The position numbers were made by a program, and so were the translations under genes. 64,000 nucleotides of DNA from a virus: IMG/VR virus record IMGVR_UViG_3300022231_000029; one strand, 5' to 3'. Below, piece after piece: positions 27,105-36,838 of the stretch (positions within the stretch are counted from its first letter, which is position 1; every line of letters begins with the position of its first letter). The notes under the pieces are model-generated. The model saw only the letters and a list, made by a program, of their open reading frames with translations. It had not been told where the DNA came from and did not search any database.

Positions 27105-29708
27105 ATGGCCCTTTTAACAATCCCTTCTGAACCAATCAAGGGAGAAGAACTCTCATTCGCTCTTGATGTCAGTGATCTCTCTGCCCTCATCCCACAATCC
27201 TACTATGCAGCTCAAAATAACTGGTCAAAAGTTCTTGTGCTCTACAAGGCATATTTCGGAAATCAATTGATCGGGCTGAGTTTTTATCCAAACAACACCG
27301 ACTCAATTCCTGCGACTACAACAGTGGCAGAAAATGCGAGAAGCCTTTTTAGAGTTAACTCGATCATTGTTTATGACAAGCAAAATGGCTACTACATCCT
27401 GGAGTCTTCTGACATTCCTGGAGTGGATGCTTATAACATCGTATTCCCTTCCAGTGGAGCGGCGTTCTTTCCTTTCTCCGGAAGCCAGACTTACGAGAAG
27501 ATGGGACAGGACGAAGACTACCTCTACACAACATCAGACGATGTTATCTCGTATGATTCAATCGCAATGTTTCATGCACCTTTCACCGATGATACAGGTG
27601 TCATTGTAAACGCACTTCAGAATATCGTGAATCAGTTTGAGACACTGACTTATAAGTTCAGTGCTGACATGACGAAGATGTATGCCATCGGAAGATACGG
27701 AACGACGTTTGCTGGTAAGGCACTTCCTCCTGTGACGACAGGGCCTAACTATACAGCGAACCCTCCGCGATTTATTGAAGTGGACGTGGGCACAAAAAAT
27801 GTGACATGGCTTTGTGACATCCAGGACACAGCGATCCCAAATACTGTGAATGATTTTTTCATCGACTTCAATCACAACATTGCTGTCTTCTTCTTTGTGA
27901 ATGGCGCTTCTGCGATTGCTTCGTACAATCTCGCAAACAACACAAGACTCTGGCAGAATGCTACAAACAATGAATCGTGGCTGAAGGGCTTTGATATCTA
28001 TCCGGATCACTTCCTCACTTATGTGGCGACTTATCCAGGAACTTCTTACTCACAGAGAACACTCACGAAGATTCACAAGCTCACCGGAGCTGTGGCATCT
28101 ATCGCTACTCAGCCGAATGCGCCAGTAGGAGCGTTTTTTTCTACACCAGCATGGGATATGACTCCTGATAGAGCGAAGGCGTATATCAGCTATTACGATG
28201 GCTCAAACTATGCTGCCATTTACGATGTCGCTTCAGATACATGGCAAGGAAATGCCACCATCAGTCTGTCTGAAGGTGGAAACAGCATGAGTCAGATGAC
28301 GATCACGGAAGATTTCGTATTTTTTCAGAAAGGGACTTCTTCTCCTTATCTTATTAAGTATGATCTCGCACTCGTGAAAGATCCTTCGTTTCCGGGCCAC
28401 GCTTCTCAGATGTCTTCACCGATCTTTGCTGATGATGAAAATATCTATTTCAGATCCAATACCAGCTATGTGAAAAAAGCAAATGTTCTGACAGGGGTGA
28501 TTGATACATCATACCTGGGCTTTGTTGGCGCTGGTGCTGAAATGTGCCAGCTCATTGATGGGAAGCTCATGGTGAGATCCCTCGCTTATTTCGGTGTGAT
28601 AAACTGTCTCTACACCAATCCACCAGCAGCGAATACGAAAGCGCAAGTTCTCGCCAAGGTCGATAAGGCCACAAGAGAAATCGTAAACCTCATTCAACCA
28701 GGAATCGACTTCTTCCGAAGCGACTATAATGAAGTGGGACTTCTCACGAGTCCTATCATTAACGGAAAAGTTCTGAGTCAGAGCTTGAGTGGACAATTTC
28801 TTTGTTACAACACTGTTACTCAGGCAGCGGATTCGGGCTGGCCACTGTTTAATGCTTTTGCTGACGGAGTGAATGCTCTCGTTGATGGCGATTGGGTTTA
28901 TTTTGCGATTCCAGGAACTCCCGCCACAACGATGAACGTAACTGACGGAAGTGGAACATTTGCGATGACAACACTTCTGGCGAGATTCAGTCTTTCCACA
29001 AAACTCGTGGATCAATCTTTTGAGCCGGTGTTCGCATCAAATCTAAACACTGGAAGAATCTCTATTTCGACCACTGATGAATACATTTATCTTTCAACCA
29101 CGGGAAGCCCGTCTCTCATTGCACGAGTGAAAAAATCTGATCAGTCGGTTCAATACATCACTGCCGGGGATCTCGGGCTCACTGGAACTTTGCGCGGGAG
29201 ATTCCGTTTCTATCAGTATGATACGAATAAAATCTCATTGGTTCTCGATAGAGTTCCAGGAGCGGGTGGCGGTGGTTCAGGCCCGGCGTTTGTTCTGGCG
29301 GGAAATAAGCCGTATATGAATTATGTCGAATCGACACTGGCACTTGATCCAGTTCAGCCGACAGGTATGGCACTCTTTTCTGAAGCGGTTTTCAATCCGA
29401 CAAATAAAGAGTTTGCTGGCCGGATGCAAACTTATACAGGAGTGTCCTGGAGTACGGAATATCTCGCTTATTATGGAATTCCTACAAACACTCAAAATCT
29501 TGTCCAGGATGTATCGAGCCCGACTCTCACAACCGGAAATAGTTTCCCTCTTTTATGGCCCAATCAGAACCCGACATTGAGATATATGCAGCCGGATGGC
29601 GCGGGTTATATGGTTTACATCTTCGGGACCGTCATGCTTGATTATCAGCTTTATAATGGTGTGATGAGAATGGAGCCCTTCGGGATTTCCAACAACGGTG
29701 ACACATAA
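27105..29708 (+). CDS. large beta-propeller-like protein (receptor binding candidate, 867 aa)
   Basis: AAGGAG RBS; repeating short beta-strand pattern with aromatic residues. Confidence 0.65.
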   Translation: MALLTIPSEPIKGEELSFALDVSDLSALIPQSYYAAQNNWSKVLVLYKAYFGNQLIGLSFYPNNTDSIPATTTVAENARSLFRVNSIIVYDKQNGYYILESSDIPGVDAYNIVFPSSGAAFFPFSGSQTYEKMGQDEDYLYTTSDDVISYDSIAMFHAPFTDDTGVIVNALQNIVNQFETLTYKFSADMTKMYAIGRYGTTFAGKALPPVTTGPNYTANPPRFIEVDVGTKNVTWLCDIQDTAIPNTVNDFFIDFNHNIAVFFFVNGASAIASYNLANNTRLWQNATNNESWLKGFDIYPDHFLTYVATYPGTSYSQRTLTKIHKLTGAVASIATQPNAPVGAFFSTPAWDMTPDRAKAYISYYDGSNYAAIYDVASDTWQGNATISLSEGGNSMSQMTITEDFVFFQKGTSSPYLIKYDLALVKDPSFPGHASQMSSPIFADDENIYFRSNTSYVKKANVLTGVIDTSYLGFVGAGAEMCQLIDGKLMVRSLAYFGVINCLYTNPPAANTKAQVLAKVDKATREIVNLIQPGIDFFRSDYNEVGLLTSPIINGKVLSQSLSGQFLCYNTVTQAADSGWPLFNAFADGVNALVDGDWVYFAIPGTPATTMNVTDGSGTFAMTTLLARFSLSTKLVDQSFEPVFASNLNTGRISISTTDEYIYLSTTGSPSLIARVKKSDQSVQYITAGDLGLTGTLRGRFRFYQYDTNKISLVLDRVPGAGGGGSGPAFVLAGNKPYMNYVESTLALDPVQPTGMALFSEAVFNPTNKEFAGRMQTYTGVSWSTEYLAYYGIPTNTQNLVQDVSSPTLTTGNSFPLLWPNQNPTLRYMQPDGAGYMVYIFGTVMLDYQLYNGVMRMEPFGISNNGDT

Positions 29709-29739
29709 AAAAGAAAGGGCCTCATTCGAGGCCCTTTTT
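29707..29739. terminator. bidirectional terminator
   Basis: AAAGGGCCTC-attc-GAGGCCCTTT flanked by A- and T-runs. Confidence 0.85.
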
Positions 29740-29777
29740 ATTACATGCAGGTCAAACACTTTGCCGAGTAGAGAGAC

Positions 29778-30194
29778 TTATTTATTAATACATTCTTTTA
29801 CGTAATCTTCAAGAACTTCTGTGGCCCTTGTCCCGAGTGTTCTTTTTTTCGAACCATCCTGCTCAAAGAAATTAAAGCCTTTCTGATCTTCATAAAACTT
29901 CAGGCCCTTGACGAGCTTCTTGAACATTCTGTCATGTTTTGAACTCATCTCTTCTTTTTCTTGCTGGAGGATCAGAATTTCTGTATCTCGCTTTGCAGTT
30001 TCAATTTTCTGTGCTTTAACCTCTTCATCCTTCACAACACAGGCCCCCCGAAATCCGGCGCGAAGAATCTCTTTCATCTTCTGGATATTCGGATGAGTCA
30101 TATCGACTCCGGCGAATTTTTCCTCAACATATCTTTTAAAGAACTCATCAAACAATTCAGCATTTGTCATACGGTAAACTCCTTGCTCTGACAT
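29778..30194 (-). CDS. hypothetical coiled-coil protein
   Basis: ORF at end of early operon. Confidence 0.7.
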   Translation of the reverse strand: MSEQGVYRMTNAELFDEFFKRYVEEKFAGVDMTHPNIQKMKEILRAGFRGACVVKDEEVKAQKIETAKRDTEILILQQEKEEMSSKHDRMFKKLVKGLKFYEDQKGFNFFEQDGSKKRTLGTRATEVLEDYVKECINK

Positions 30195-30204
30195 TGATTA
30201 TACC

Positions 30205-30504
30205 CTACCCCAGCTCGCCGAGCCATGCCCATTCACGCTCGATGCGATCCTTATAGCGGCTGTATGGCCAGATGAATGAGATAATGGCCGGATCACCGCT
30301 GTTTTTGGGGTTTAAATGAATTAATTCCTCATAAGGCTTCTGATAGATGGCCTCAACAGCATCCCTCTTTAAACAGCGAACAAAGCGTTTCTTCTTAACC
30401 TGGATGATGGTGAGAACCCGATAGTATCCGTCTTCAGTTAGGAAGACTTGTGGATGGCCATACCGAAATGAACGGGAATTTACGACATAGCGTTGAGAGG
30501 GCAT
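30205..30504 (-). CDS. hypothetical protein (99 aa)
   Basis: GAGGAG RBS lies inside the terminal hairpin of element A. Confidence 0.65.
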   Translation of the reverse strand: MPSQRYVVNSRSFRYGHPQVFLTEDGYYRVLTIIQVKKKRFVRCLKRDAVEAIYQKPYEELIHLNPKNSGDPAIISFIWPYSRYKDRIEREWAWLGELG

Positions 30505-30509
30505 TAGAG

Positions 30510-30629
30510 GCTCCTCTGGAGCATCGTCGCCTTCGGCTCCATCGCGCTTCGCTTATCATCGGCTTCGCCTCCATGATGCGCCTTTGGCGCTGATAAGCCT
30601 CGGAGAGGCGCGATAAGGAACGCAGTTCC
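30510..30629. mobile_element. hairpin-arm element A (empty cassette)
   Basis: ATCGC-hp-TTATCA (30541-30558) and TGATAA-hp-GCGAT (30591-30614) arms with the same spacers as element B; no cargo ORF. Confidence 0.7.
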
Positions 30630-30639
30630 GCCATTTTTT

Positions 30640-31071
30640 TCATTCATCTTCTCTCTCCTTTCTCACATTGTTGGCCTCGCGAAGAATGCTCATAACTTCT
30701 CCCGGAAGAACATCCAGGTCGCGAGCTATATAATTAAGCATCAGGGAATAGTCATTCTCAGCAACAAGCACGAGAGCGTTTCCGTTTTTATCCTCAAACG
30801 GCGGCATCTTATCAAATGTCACAACGATCTTCTCAGGGATCTGGTGAAAGACCTGGATGGGCGCATTCAGAATGATTGTCCCATTATGAGGAAGATCCGG
30901 ATTCTTGAAGTCTGTAACGATTCTCCCATTCGGAAGCCTGACTTCCCAATCATCGGCGTTGTTGTCAACAGTCGTGAAGGTGAGATTGTAGGTAGAAGTG
31001 ATCCAGCCACTTCCCGGCCAGGACTTTCTCCGGAGAGGAAGAAAGGTTGATTCTGCTTCAGTCTTTGTCAT
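30640..31071 (-). CDS. hypothetical protein (143 aa)
   Basis: overlapping operon ORF. Confidence 0.7.
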   Translation of the reverse strand: MTKTEAESTFLPLRRKSWPGSGWITSTYNLTFTTVDNNADDWEVRLPNGRIVTDFKNPDLPHNGTIILNAPIQVFHQIPEKIVVTFDKMPPFEDKNGNALVLVAENDYSLMLNYIARDLDVLPGEVMSILREANNVRKEREDE

Positions 31072-31295
31072 ACGCCCGCCTTATTTAAAAGAGCATCAAT
31101 CGTTCTTTGTAATCGTTTATTCTCTGATACCAAACTTGCAAGGGCCGAACTCGGATTATGAGGATAAAAGATAAAATTATCGAGTTGAATTTCTCTAACA
31201 TTGTCATATCTCCAAACGATCTGCTCAATCACTGGAGGCACCTGAATAGATGTTTGGTGACGTTCACCATCTTTAGTAACAACAATGAGATACAT
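31068..31295 (-). CDS. hypothetical protein
   Basis: overlapping operon ORF. Confidence 0.65.
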   Translation of the reverse strand: MYLIVVTKDGERHQTSIQVPPVIEQIVWRYDNVREIQLDNFIFYPHNPSSALASLVSENKRLQRTIDALLNKAGV

Positions 31296-31556
31296 TTAAA
31301 CCTCACCGTTATCAAAGATGAAATTCGTGCGAACATACGTCTCTTTGAAATCTGTGATTTTCACTGTTGATTCGACCGGATTATATTTCCCGCTAAAAAG
31401 ATCTTCAACGTCGCAATAATAATCATAGACCACATACTCGCTTCCGATGTATTTCAGAATGCAGAATCCGGTGGAATCTCTCCGTTGATACACTCGCCCG
31501 ACTGTAAGAATTTCGATTGATAAATCAAGATCACCCGCTCTTCCTGTAGGATTCAT
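31296..31556 (-). CDS. hypothetical protein
   Basis: overlapping operon ORF. Confidence 0.65.
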   Translation of the reverse strand: MNPTGRAGDLDLSIEILTVGRVYQRRDSTGFCILKYIGSEYVVYDYYCDVEDLFSGKYNPVESTVKITDFKETYVRTNFIFDNGEV

Positions 31557-32149
31557 TAGAAACCTCTCTCTTTTCGTGCTTCAGCATAAGCACCGTTGAT
31601 TTTCACAGCGTCCTCAGTCTTTCCACCGCGATCAGGATGGTGTTCTTTAAGTTTGTCTTTCCACGCATCCATGATTTTAGCTACAGGAGCATTTCTGAAT
31701 ACTCCGAGAACGTCCCACCAGTTTTCTTGTCCTGGTTCTTTCGGCGCTTCAAGCTGCGCAAACCCTGAGAACGCTTGTTCAAGCATATCCGAAGACCCCC
31801 AGCGTTCAATGCCACGAATAGCATCAATGGTCTTTGAGATGGCGTGAAGGTTATCTTCAACCTTTCTCCACCTGTCACAGGCAAAGACCATTTGCTTTTC
31901 CTTATATGTGAAATACACGGCAGCACCGTGATCATGGAGCCCGGAGTAGTTCGCATACGGAAGATTATCCGCTTTGAGCGGGACGTTTGTGGAAATGACG
32001 ATGTTCTTTGCACCCATAAGACGCAGTTGTTTTACGAGTGAATCCCGGACAGCACCAAACTTCACGGAGAAGCGGGAATCCTTGGGGTACTTCGTCCGGT
32101 TCTGGCCCAATGGCCATTTTAGGGGGAAGTTTTCTGTTGATGCGATCAT
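31556..32149 (-). CDS. phage J-domain (DnaJ-type) protein
   Basis: C-terminal WWDVLGV...HHPDRGG...INGAY; N-terminal PLKWP...AVYF...ACDRW. Confidence 0.9.
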   Translation of the reverse strand: MIASTENFPLKWPLGQNRTKYPKDSRFSVKFGAVRDSLVKQLRLMGAKNIVISTNVPLKADNLPYANYSGLHDHGAAVYFTYKEKQMVFACDRWRKVEDNLHAISKTIDAIRGIERWGSSDMLEQAFSGFAQLEAPKEPGQENWWDVLGVFRNAPVAKIMDAWKDKLKEHHPDRGGKTEDAVKINGAYAEARKERGF

Positions 32150-32448
32150 AATTTTACCTCTGCGATAATAAATGGTGAATCTTCATATTTATGTCCAGCA
32201 AGCTCGATAATGCGAGTAAGTGTCAAGGTATTGTTATAAGTCATGTACTCAGACGGAACACGATTACAGACAAAGCTCAAGACGCTTTCTGTGCTGTAGG
32301 TCTTTTTCTTATCCGGAAACTGCTCAATCGCCGGGAAATCTGATTTCTGGTACTGAGGAGAATATTCAAATGCAAGGTCATCATCCCAGCGTTGAATGGT
32401 TCCGACATGGAGTTTGTCATTTAGAACAAGATAAGTTTGTTCATTCAT
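32146..32448 (-). CDS. stand-alone HipA N-terminal subdomain (HipS-like) protein
   Basis: HVGTI...FEYSPQY...FP...SFVCNRVPS pattern; no kinase domain attached. Confidence 0.6.
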   Translation of the reverse strand: MNEQTYLVLNDKLHVGTIQRWDDDLAFEYSPQYQKSDFPAIEQFPDKKKTYSTESVLSFVCNRVPSEYMTYNNTLTLTRIIELAGHKYEDSPFIIAEVKL

Positions 32449-32729
32449 ACGATGTAACTCTCCATACGACTAAGCTTCTGCATTTGTCTTAGTCTTGATG
32501 GCTCAACAAAAGTAGGAACAGGTTTTCCGTTGATGATTTCATGAATTTGTTTCCCAGCAATATCAAACTTGGTGAGACACCCATGAATAGAAATGATATA
32601 CATCCCTTCTTCTTTGGTATCGAGAATATTTCTCACTTCGTTTTCTACCATCAGAGCGGCGTATGCCATTCGGTTAACCGGGGCATGGCAAACGTCTTCT
32701 TTCGTCAGCATTCTTGATTCTTCGCTCAT
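32445..32729 (-). CDS. hypothetical protein
   Basis: ATGA-coupled ORF. Confidence 0.65.
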   Translation of the reverse strand: MSEESRMLTKEDVCHAPVNRMAYAALMVENEVRNILDTKEEGMYIISIHGCLTKFDIAGKQIHEIINGKPVPTFVEPSRLRQMQKLSRMESYIV

Positions 32730-32935
32730 TGTTTTTCCTTCAGATCCTCAATAAGTGAATCAATGCTTTCCTTGCACTTCTCCAGAAATTCCACGTCGTG
32801 AGTTCCATCAACGTAGTTAATGGGTTTATTGTTCCCCGTGCGGCAGATCACGAGATACTTTCTTTTGTTTCTCCTCAGAGCACCCGTGATGTGATTCATG
32901 ATGACTTCAGTTTTGTTGTTTGCGATGTCGAGCAT
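32726..32935 (-). CDS. hypothetical protein
   Basis: start moved to ATG 32935 (AAGGAG RBS). Confidence 0.6.
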   Translation of the reverse strand: MLDIANNKTEVIMNHITGALRRNKRKYLVICRTGNNKPINYVDGTHDVEFLEKCKESIDSLIEDLKEKQ

Positions 32936-32936
32936 T

Positions 32937-33341
32937 TTATTTCTCCTTGATGCGATAACGAACGTGACACAGCTTAGAAACGACTTCCGGAAGTGAGCGA
33001 TAAATGCGATGAGCTTCACGAGCGGTCATCCACATATCGCTTTTAAAGATTGATCCTGGTTGATCACCCATGACTCCGTATTGAGCATTGAAGAAGATGG
33101 AATACTCCATCCCGTCAACTTCATCCTCTGAAGCATCAAAGGATTCAAAATTGAATCCGGCACAGAACCCCGCTACGAAAGCAATGATCTCGTCCTGGGT
33201 GAGACCGCGCTCGTAGTTTTTACCTATGGACAAGTTGTAGACCCAGACAGGAATTTCCTTCCGGGTCTTTGTGTAGTTATCCAGGTGATCAGACGCGAGC
33301 TTTTTCAGCGCCGCATTTTTGCAGACTTCTTCTTTTGACAT
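32937..33341 (-). CDS. hypothetical protein
   Basis: operon ORF. Confidence 0.65.
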   Translation of the reverse strand: MSKEEVCKNAALKKLASDHLDNYTKTRKEIPVWVYNLSIGKNYERGLTQDEIIAFVAGFCAGFNFESFDASEDEVDGMEYSIFFNAQYGVMGDQPGSIFKSDMWMTAREAHRIYRSLPEVVSKLCHVRYRIKEK

Positions 33342-33568
33342 TTTCTATTCCTTTGTCTTTTCGTTTTCTTCATCTTCAACCGTCTTCGAAATTCAAGCTT
33401 CAACCAGTTCTTCAGTCTTTTCTCAATCCACTGCCGAGATTCTGTCCTATGGGACTTCCCGGAGTCAAGAACATAGTTACCCATGAACTTATAAGAAAGA
33501 CCCTCGCGGATCTTTCTGATTTCTACAATGACCTTACCGCTTGGAGAAATATAATGTCCACCCTTCAT
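33305..33568 (-). CDS. basic hypothetical protein
   Basis: ATGA-coupled ORF. Confidence 0.5.
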   Translation of the reverse strand: MKGGHYISPSGKVIVEIRKIREGLSYKFMGNYVLDSGKSHRTESRQWIEKRLKNWLKLEFRRRLKMKKTKRQRNRKCQKKKSAKMRR

Positions 33569-34041
33569 TTGCCCTCCAATCTTAATTCTGTTCCAGAATC
33601 CTTCTCTCCCTTGGAAGTCTTTTCGGGCAAGCCCGAAGACTTCGCTCGTCCGAGACGGCTTTGTGCTTGCTCTTCCGTCTCCAGAGCATAGGTGTGGGGT
33701 GCCACTTTTCTGACGATACGATCGCCATGAGGACGTTTGCCAGTGAGTTTTATCGTGATCTCAATCTCTTCCCCGTCCATATCCCAGCCGGTTTTATCGA
33801 GGAGGTCACGGAGGGTGACATTTCCTTTTACCGGACAATCTTCTGGCCAGGAGACATTGTTGGGATAAGGGATATAGCTTTTGGCATCCGTCTCCCCCGC
33901 GAAATAGTGATGGATCACAACATTGAAGGACTGCTGCTTGGTGAACTCGTACTCCGGAATGATCAACCCGCACAAGTTGCAGTGACGAAATCCCTTCTTC
34001 TGAGAGTCCAGGTGAGTGTTTCCGCATTTAGGACATTTCAT
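33565..34041 (-). CDS. Zn-ribbon-containing protein
   Basis: CPKC...CNLC. Confidence 0.7.
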   Translation of the reverse strand: MKCPKCGNTHLDSQKKGFRHCNLCGLIIPEYEFTKQQSFNVVIHHYFAGETDAKSYIPYPNNVSWPEDCPVKGNVTLRDLLDKTGWDMDGEEIEITIKLTGKRPHGDRIVRKVAPHTYALETEEQAQSRLGRAKSSGLPEKTSKGEKDSGTELRLEGK

Positions 34042-34412
34042 GTTAAATCCTTTGGATCAATTCCATATTTTTCGCAAATCGCATTAATTCTGCCCCAGAG
34101 ATGTTTGGGTGCCCATTCCGCAAGACCCAGGATTTCTGTGAGGTCTTTTTTAAACTCTGACATATCCGTAACCATTTCAGAGCCCATGATGCCCTTGATG
34201 TCTTCTTCATGGCGAATCTTTCTTCTGATCTCATCCATGCTCATGGTGTGAACAAAGATCCGCTGATATTCATGGGGATGATCCGGGCAAAAGTCCAGAA
34301 ACTTCCACTCATAGCCGCCATTGGAGCCATAGGTGTTTTCGTTAATGAACATGGAGAAATCATCCTCTCCAGGAATTGCTTTCATATAACCAATTACTTC
34401 AAAGTCTCTCAT
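34038..34412 (-). CDS. hypothetical protein
   Basis: ATGA-coupled ORF. Confidence 0.7.
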   Translation of the reverse strand: MRDFEVIGYMKAIPGEDDFSMFINENTYGSNGGYEWKFLDFCPDHPHEYQRIFVHTMSMDEIRRKIRHEEDIKGIMGSEMVTDMSEFKKDLTEILGLAEWAPKHLWGRINAICEKYGIDPKDLT

Positions 34413-35059
34413 AGAAGCCTTCTTTGTTTCTTGATCTCGGCAATGCCATCTTCCAGGAAGTCTTTCATTCCAGGTTCCATAGAGGTGACAGCAGCTTCCT
34501 GCATTTTCGTGATGACATAATCCAAGAGCTCATCCATCTGATCACTCCAGAACTTCTTCGTAGGATCGAACACTCGGCTGACTTCTTTTTCAAGGTAAGC
34601 GATTCGTTCGTCTTTCCTTGCAAGCTCCTGGCGACATTCGCTAATCAAATGCTCTCGCTCTGTCGTGTGATGCTTTTCCATCGTCCTGGTGGTCTGATAC
34701 ATGTTCCCGTGATCATCCTGGAGAATTTCGATTTTCTTCTCCAGGTTTTCAATCTTTGCTGCCTGTGCATTCCAGATAGCATCGGCCTTGCGAAGCTTCT
34801 CTTCCGTTTCCTGGAGCTTGATCTGTTTTTGATAAAGAGCTTCCTTGAAGTCTTCACAGAGCTTTTCAAGGGCCTTCACAGAGTGCTCCCCCTTGCCTTT
34901 ATAGAAAGGCTCCGGCACACGATTTCTCCAATCCGGAACTACCGATGCGCATTCGTCACACATACAGCCTTGTGGATGACTACTTCCTGAAGTTGATACA
35001 TAACCACAATGCTCACATCCTCCATCGGGAGTGTAAGCACCACATTTAGAACAAGTCAT
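34409..35059 (-). CDS. Zn-finger plus coiled-coil protein
   Basis: CSKC..CEHC..CMCDEC then heptad region. Confidence 0.7.
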   Translation of the reverse strand: MTCSKCGAYTPDGGCEHCGYVSTSGSSHPQGCMCDECASVVPDWRNRVPEPFYKGKGEHSVKALEKLCEDFKEALYQKQIKLQETEEKLRKADAIWNAQAAKIENLEKKIEILQDDHGNMYQTTRTMEKHHTTEREHLISECRQELARKDERIAYLEKEVSRVFDPTKKFWSDQMDELLDYVITKMQEAAVTSMEPGMKDFLEDGIAEIKKQRRLL

Positions 35060-35361
35060 TACTCTCTCCTCTTTGAAAGTTCACTGTTTCCGAAATCTAT
35101 CGCGATATCATGCTCTATGGCCGTAACCATTTCCTTGAGCTTTCTCAGCTCTTCCCCATGTTCATGAAACTTTGTGAACACAGTCTGGTAAGGGTTATTC
35201 ATGAAGTAGCAAAGGTTTCCGTAGCCGCTTCCTGGCCAGTATTTGCAGTAAGCATCAATCATTGCTACAGCATCATCAAGTGATTCACAGGCATGGATAC
35301 CCTTAACGACTTCCATGATGGTGAAATACTCAACGTCTTTATATTTCCAAGGGTTTTTCAT
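35059..35361 (-). CDS. hypothetical protein
   Basis: start moved to ATG 35361 (ATGA overlap, GGAGG RBS). Confidence 0.65.
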   Translation of the reverse strand: MKNPWKYKDVEYFTIMEVVKGIHACESLDDAVAMIDAYCKYWPGSGYGNLCYFMNNPYQTVFTKFHEHGEELRKLKEMVTAIEHDIAIDFGNSELSKRRE

Positions 35362-35714
35362 TTGATTGCCTCCGCTTTCTTCAGTTGTTCGCTCGCAAAG
35401 TGAGCATATTCTCCCCGCGACCAATGGCCAGCAGAGATTTTCTGCATTCCATCCTTCAGGGTAAGGTAACGATCCGCCCAGACGTTCCTTTCCTTCCTCA
35501 TGTCATCGTGCATTCCGAAGAGTTCGATGTTTTTTCGGTTTGCTTTTACGAGGTCGAGGCGAGTGTCCTCCGCCATTTGTTTCAGCTTCGAAATCTCGTC
35601 ATCCTGGTCTTCGATGAGCTTAATCAGCTCTGGGAGCATGGCAATGTCTTCACCTGCAAGAGATCTGATATTTAATTCCATCTTGAGCCCATCAAGAATT
35701 GTAGTCTTGTTCAT
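35358..35714 (-). CDS. coiled-coil hypothetical protein
   Basis: ATGA-coupled ORF. Confidence 0.7.
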   Translation of the reverse strand: MNKTTILDGLKMELNIRSLAGEDIAMLPELIKLIEDQDDEISKLKQMAEDTRLDLVKANRKNIELFGMHDDMRKERNVWADRYLTLKDGMQKISAGHWSRGEYAHFASEQLKKAEAIK

Positions 35715-35977
35715 CTTCTTTTCCTCACTTCCTCAAGGATCGTATCCGCCATAGCGGTACAGTCTTTATTTCCGTACTTCCGGAGGATTTCGATTTCTTC
35801 TCTCAGCATTCCGAGTTGCGCTTTAAAAGAGATGGCCTGGCGAACCCAATACGCTTTACAGAAGCAGTCTGAATGAAATTCTCCGCAACTGTTACAGAAA
35901 CCATCCTCTGAAAGTTGCATCTCCTTGTTCTCGCCAGACATATACCAGCGAACGTCTTCCTCTACTCGTAAGCTCAT
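35711..35977 (-). CDS. hypothetical protein with Cys/His cluster
   Basis: start moved to ATG 35977 (GGAGGAG RBS); CNSCGEFHSDCFC. Confidence 0.65.
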   Translation of the reverse strand: MSLRVEEDVRWYMSGENKEMQLSEDGFCNSCGEFHSDCFCKAYWVRQAISFKAQLGMLREEIEILRKYGNKDCTAMADTILEEVRKRR

Positions 35978-36180
35978 TGCTCCTCCGAAGTTTTGAGATT
36001 GATGTACCCAATCACCATGTTCATCTTCTCGACACTTTCCATCACACATTGAGCGACGGAGTACCCCATGAAGTTTTCCGAAGTCTTTGCTGATTCCGCT
36101 GATGCGATCAGCTTGTCGCGTTTCTCTTCCAGGGCCTCCTGGATCATGATGAGGGTAGCTTTGTCGAAATTAACGAGCAT
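35974..36180 (-). CDS. hypothetical protein
   Basis: start moved to ATG 36180. Confidence 0.55.
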   Translation of the reverse strand: MLVNFDKATLIMIQEALEEKRDKLIASAESAKTSENFMGYSVAQCVMESVEKMNMVIGYINLKTSEEQ

Positions 36181-36838
36181 AATCTTTCTCCTGTCTTGAA
36201 CCAACACAATATTCATGAACTTCAGCTTCCCGGCGATATACGGTGTAGCCCATCCCATCAGTCGGGCGTTTCACCATGTATGCGCCGTTAGCATCCATAT
36301 ATTTCACTTCGACGATCGTTCCTCGGTGCATTTCCCAGAGAGCGAGCCCAGGAAGTGTTACGTCGATACGAATCTTTAAGAGAGAAATGAGTTCAGCATC
36401 TTCAAGATCAATCCATACCAACTGGTTGTGGTAGTCGCTAATGTAATAACCTCCAACACAGACCTCTTCGAGATTGTAGAAGAGACCGTTGCCTTTATCG
36501 CGAATAAGGCGATGGCCATTGCTCCGTTGAGGGGCCTGTGGATAGAAGGCCTCTACTTTCCGCTTTGATTCTTTATTCGCAAAAGGCTTCCATTTGAGAA
36601 ACTGCTCAACCCGGGAAGATTCAATGAGCCATACCAAGGCGTTCACGAATGCCTCAAGCCCCTTCTCAGCGAGAATTGCGGGGGAAAGTGCCGCTGTTGC
36701 GAGAAGATCACCCATCGTTGCATCCTCGATTGAAACGATTTTTATTTTAGCTATGTCTTTGTCCATCAACCGGAGCCACCAGACTGCGAGATTGAACACA
36801 AGCCATACGCTGATAACGATTGTTATGACTAAGCTCAT
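36170..36838 (-). CDS. membrane protein with soluble C-terminal region
   Basis: start moved to ATG 36838; N-terminal TM helices paralogous to ORF 36835. Confidence 0.65.
   Translation of the reverse strand: MSLVITIVISVWLVFNLAVWWLRLMDKDIAKIKIVSIEDATMGDLLATAALSPAILAEKGLEAFVNALVWLIESSRVEQFLKWKPFANKESKRKVEAFYPQAPQRSNGHRLIRDKGNGLFYNLEEVCVGGYYISDYHNQLVWIDLEDAELISLLKIRIDVTLPGLALWEMHRGTIVEVKYMDANGAYMVKRPTDGMGYTVYRREAEVHEYCVGSRQEKDYAR

Noticed and set aside
30510-30629. CRISPR array, or the 69-aa ORF 30434-30643 as a real gene
   Set aside because: No repeat-spacer periodicity; the ORF is mainly a translation of the hairpin element and overlaps the next gene out of frame.
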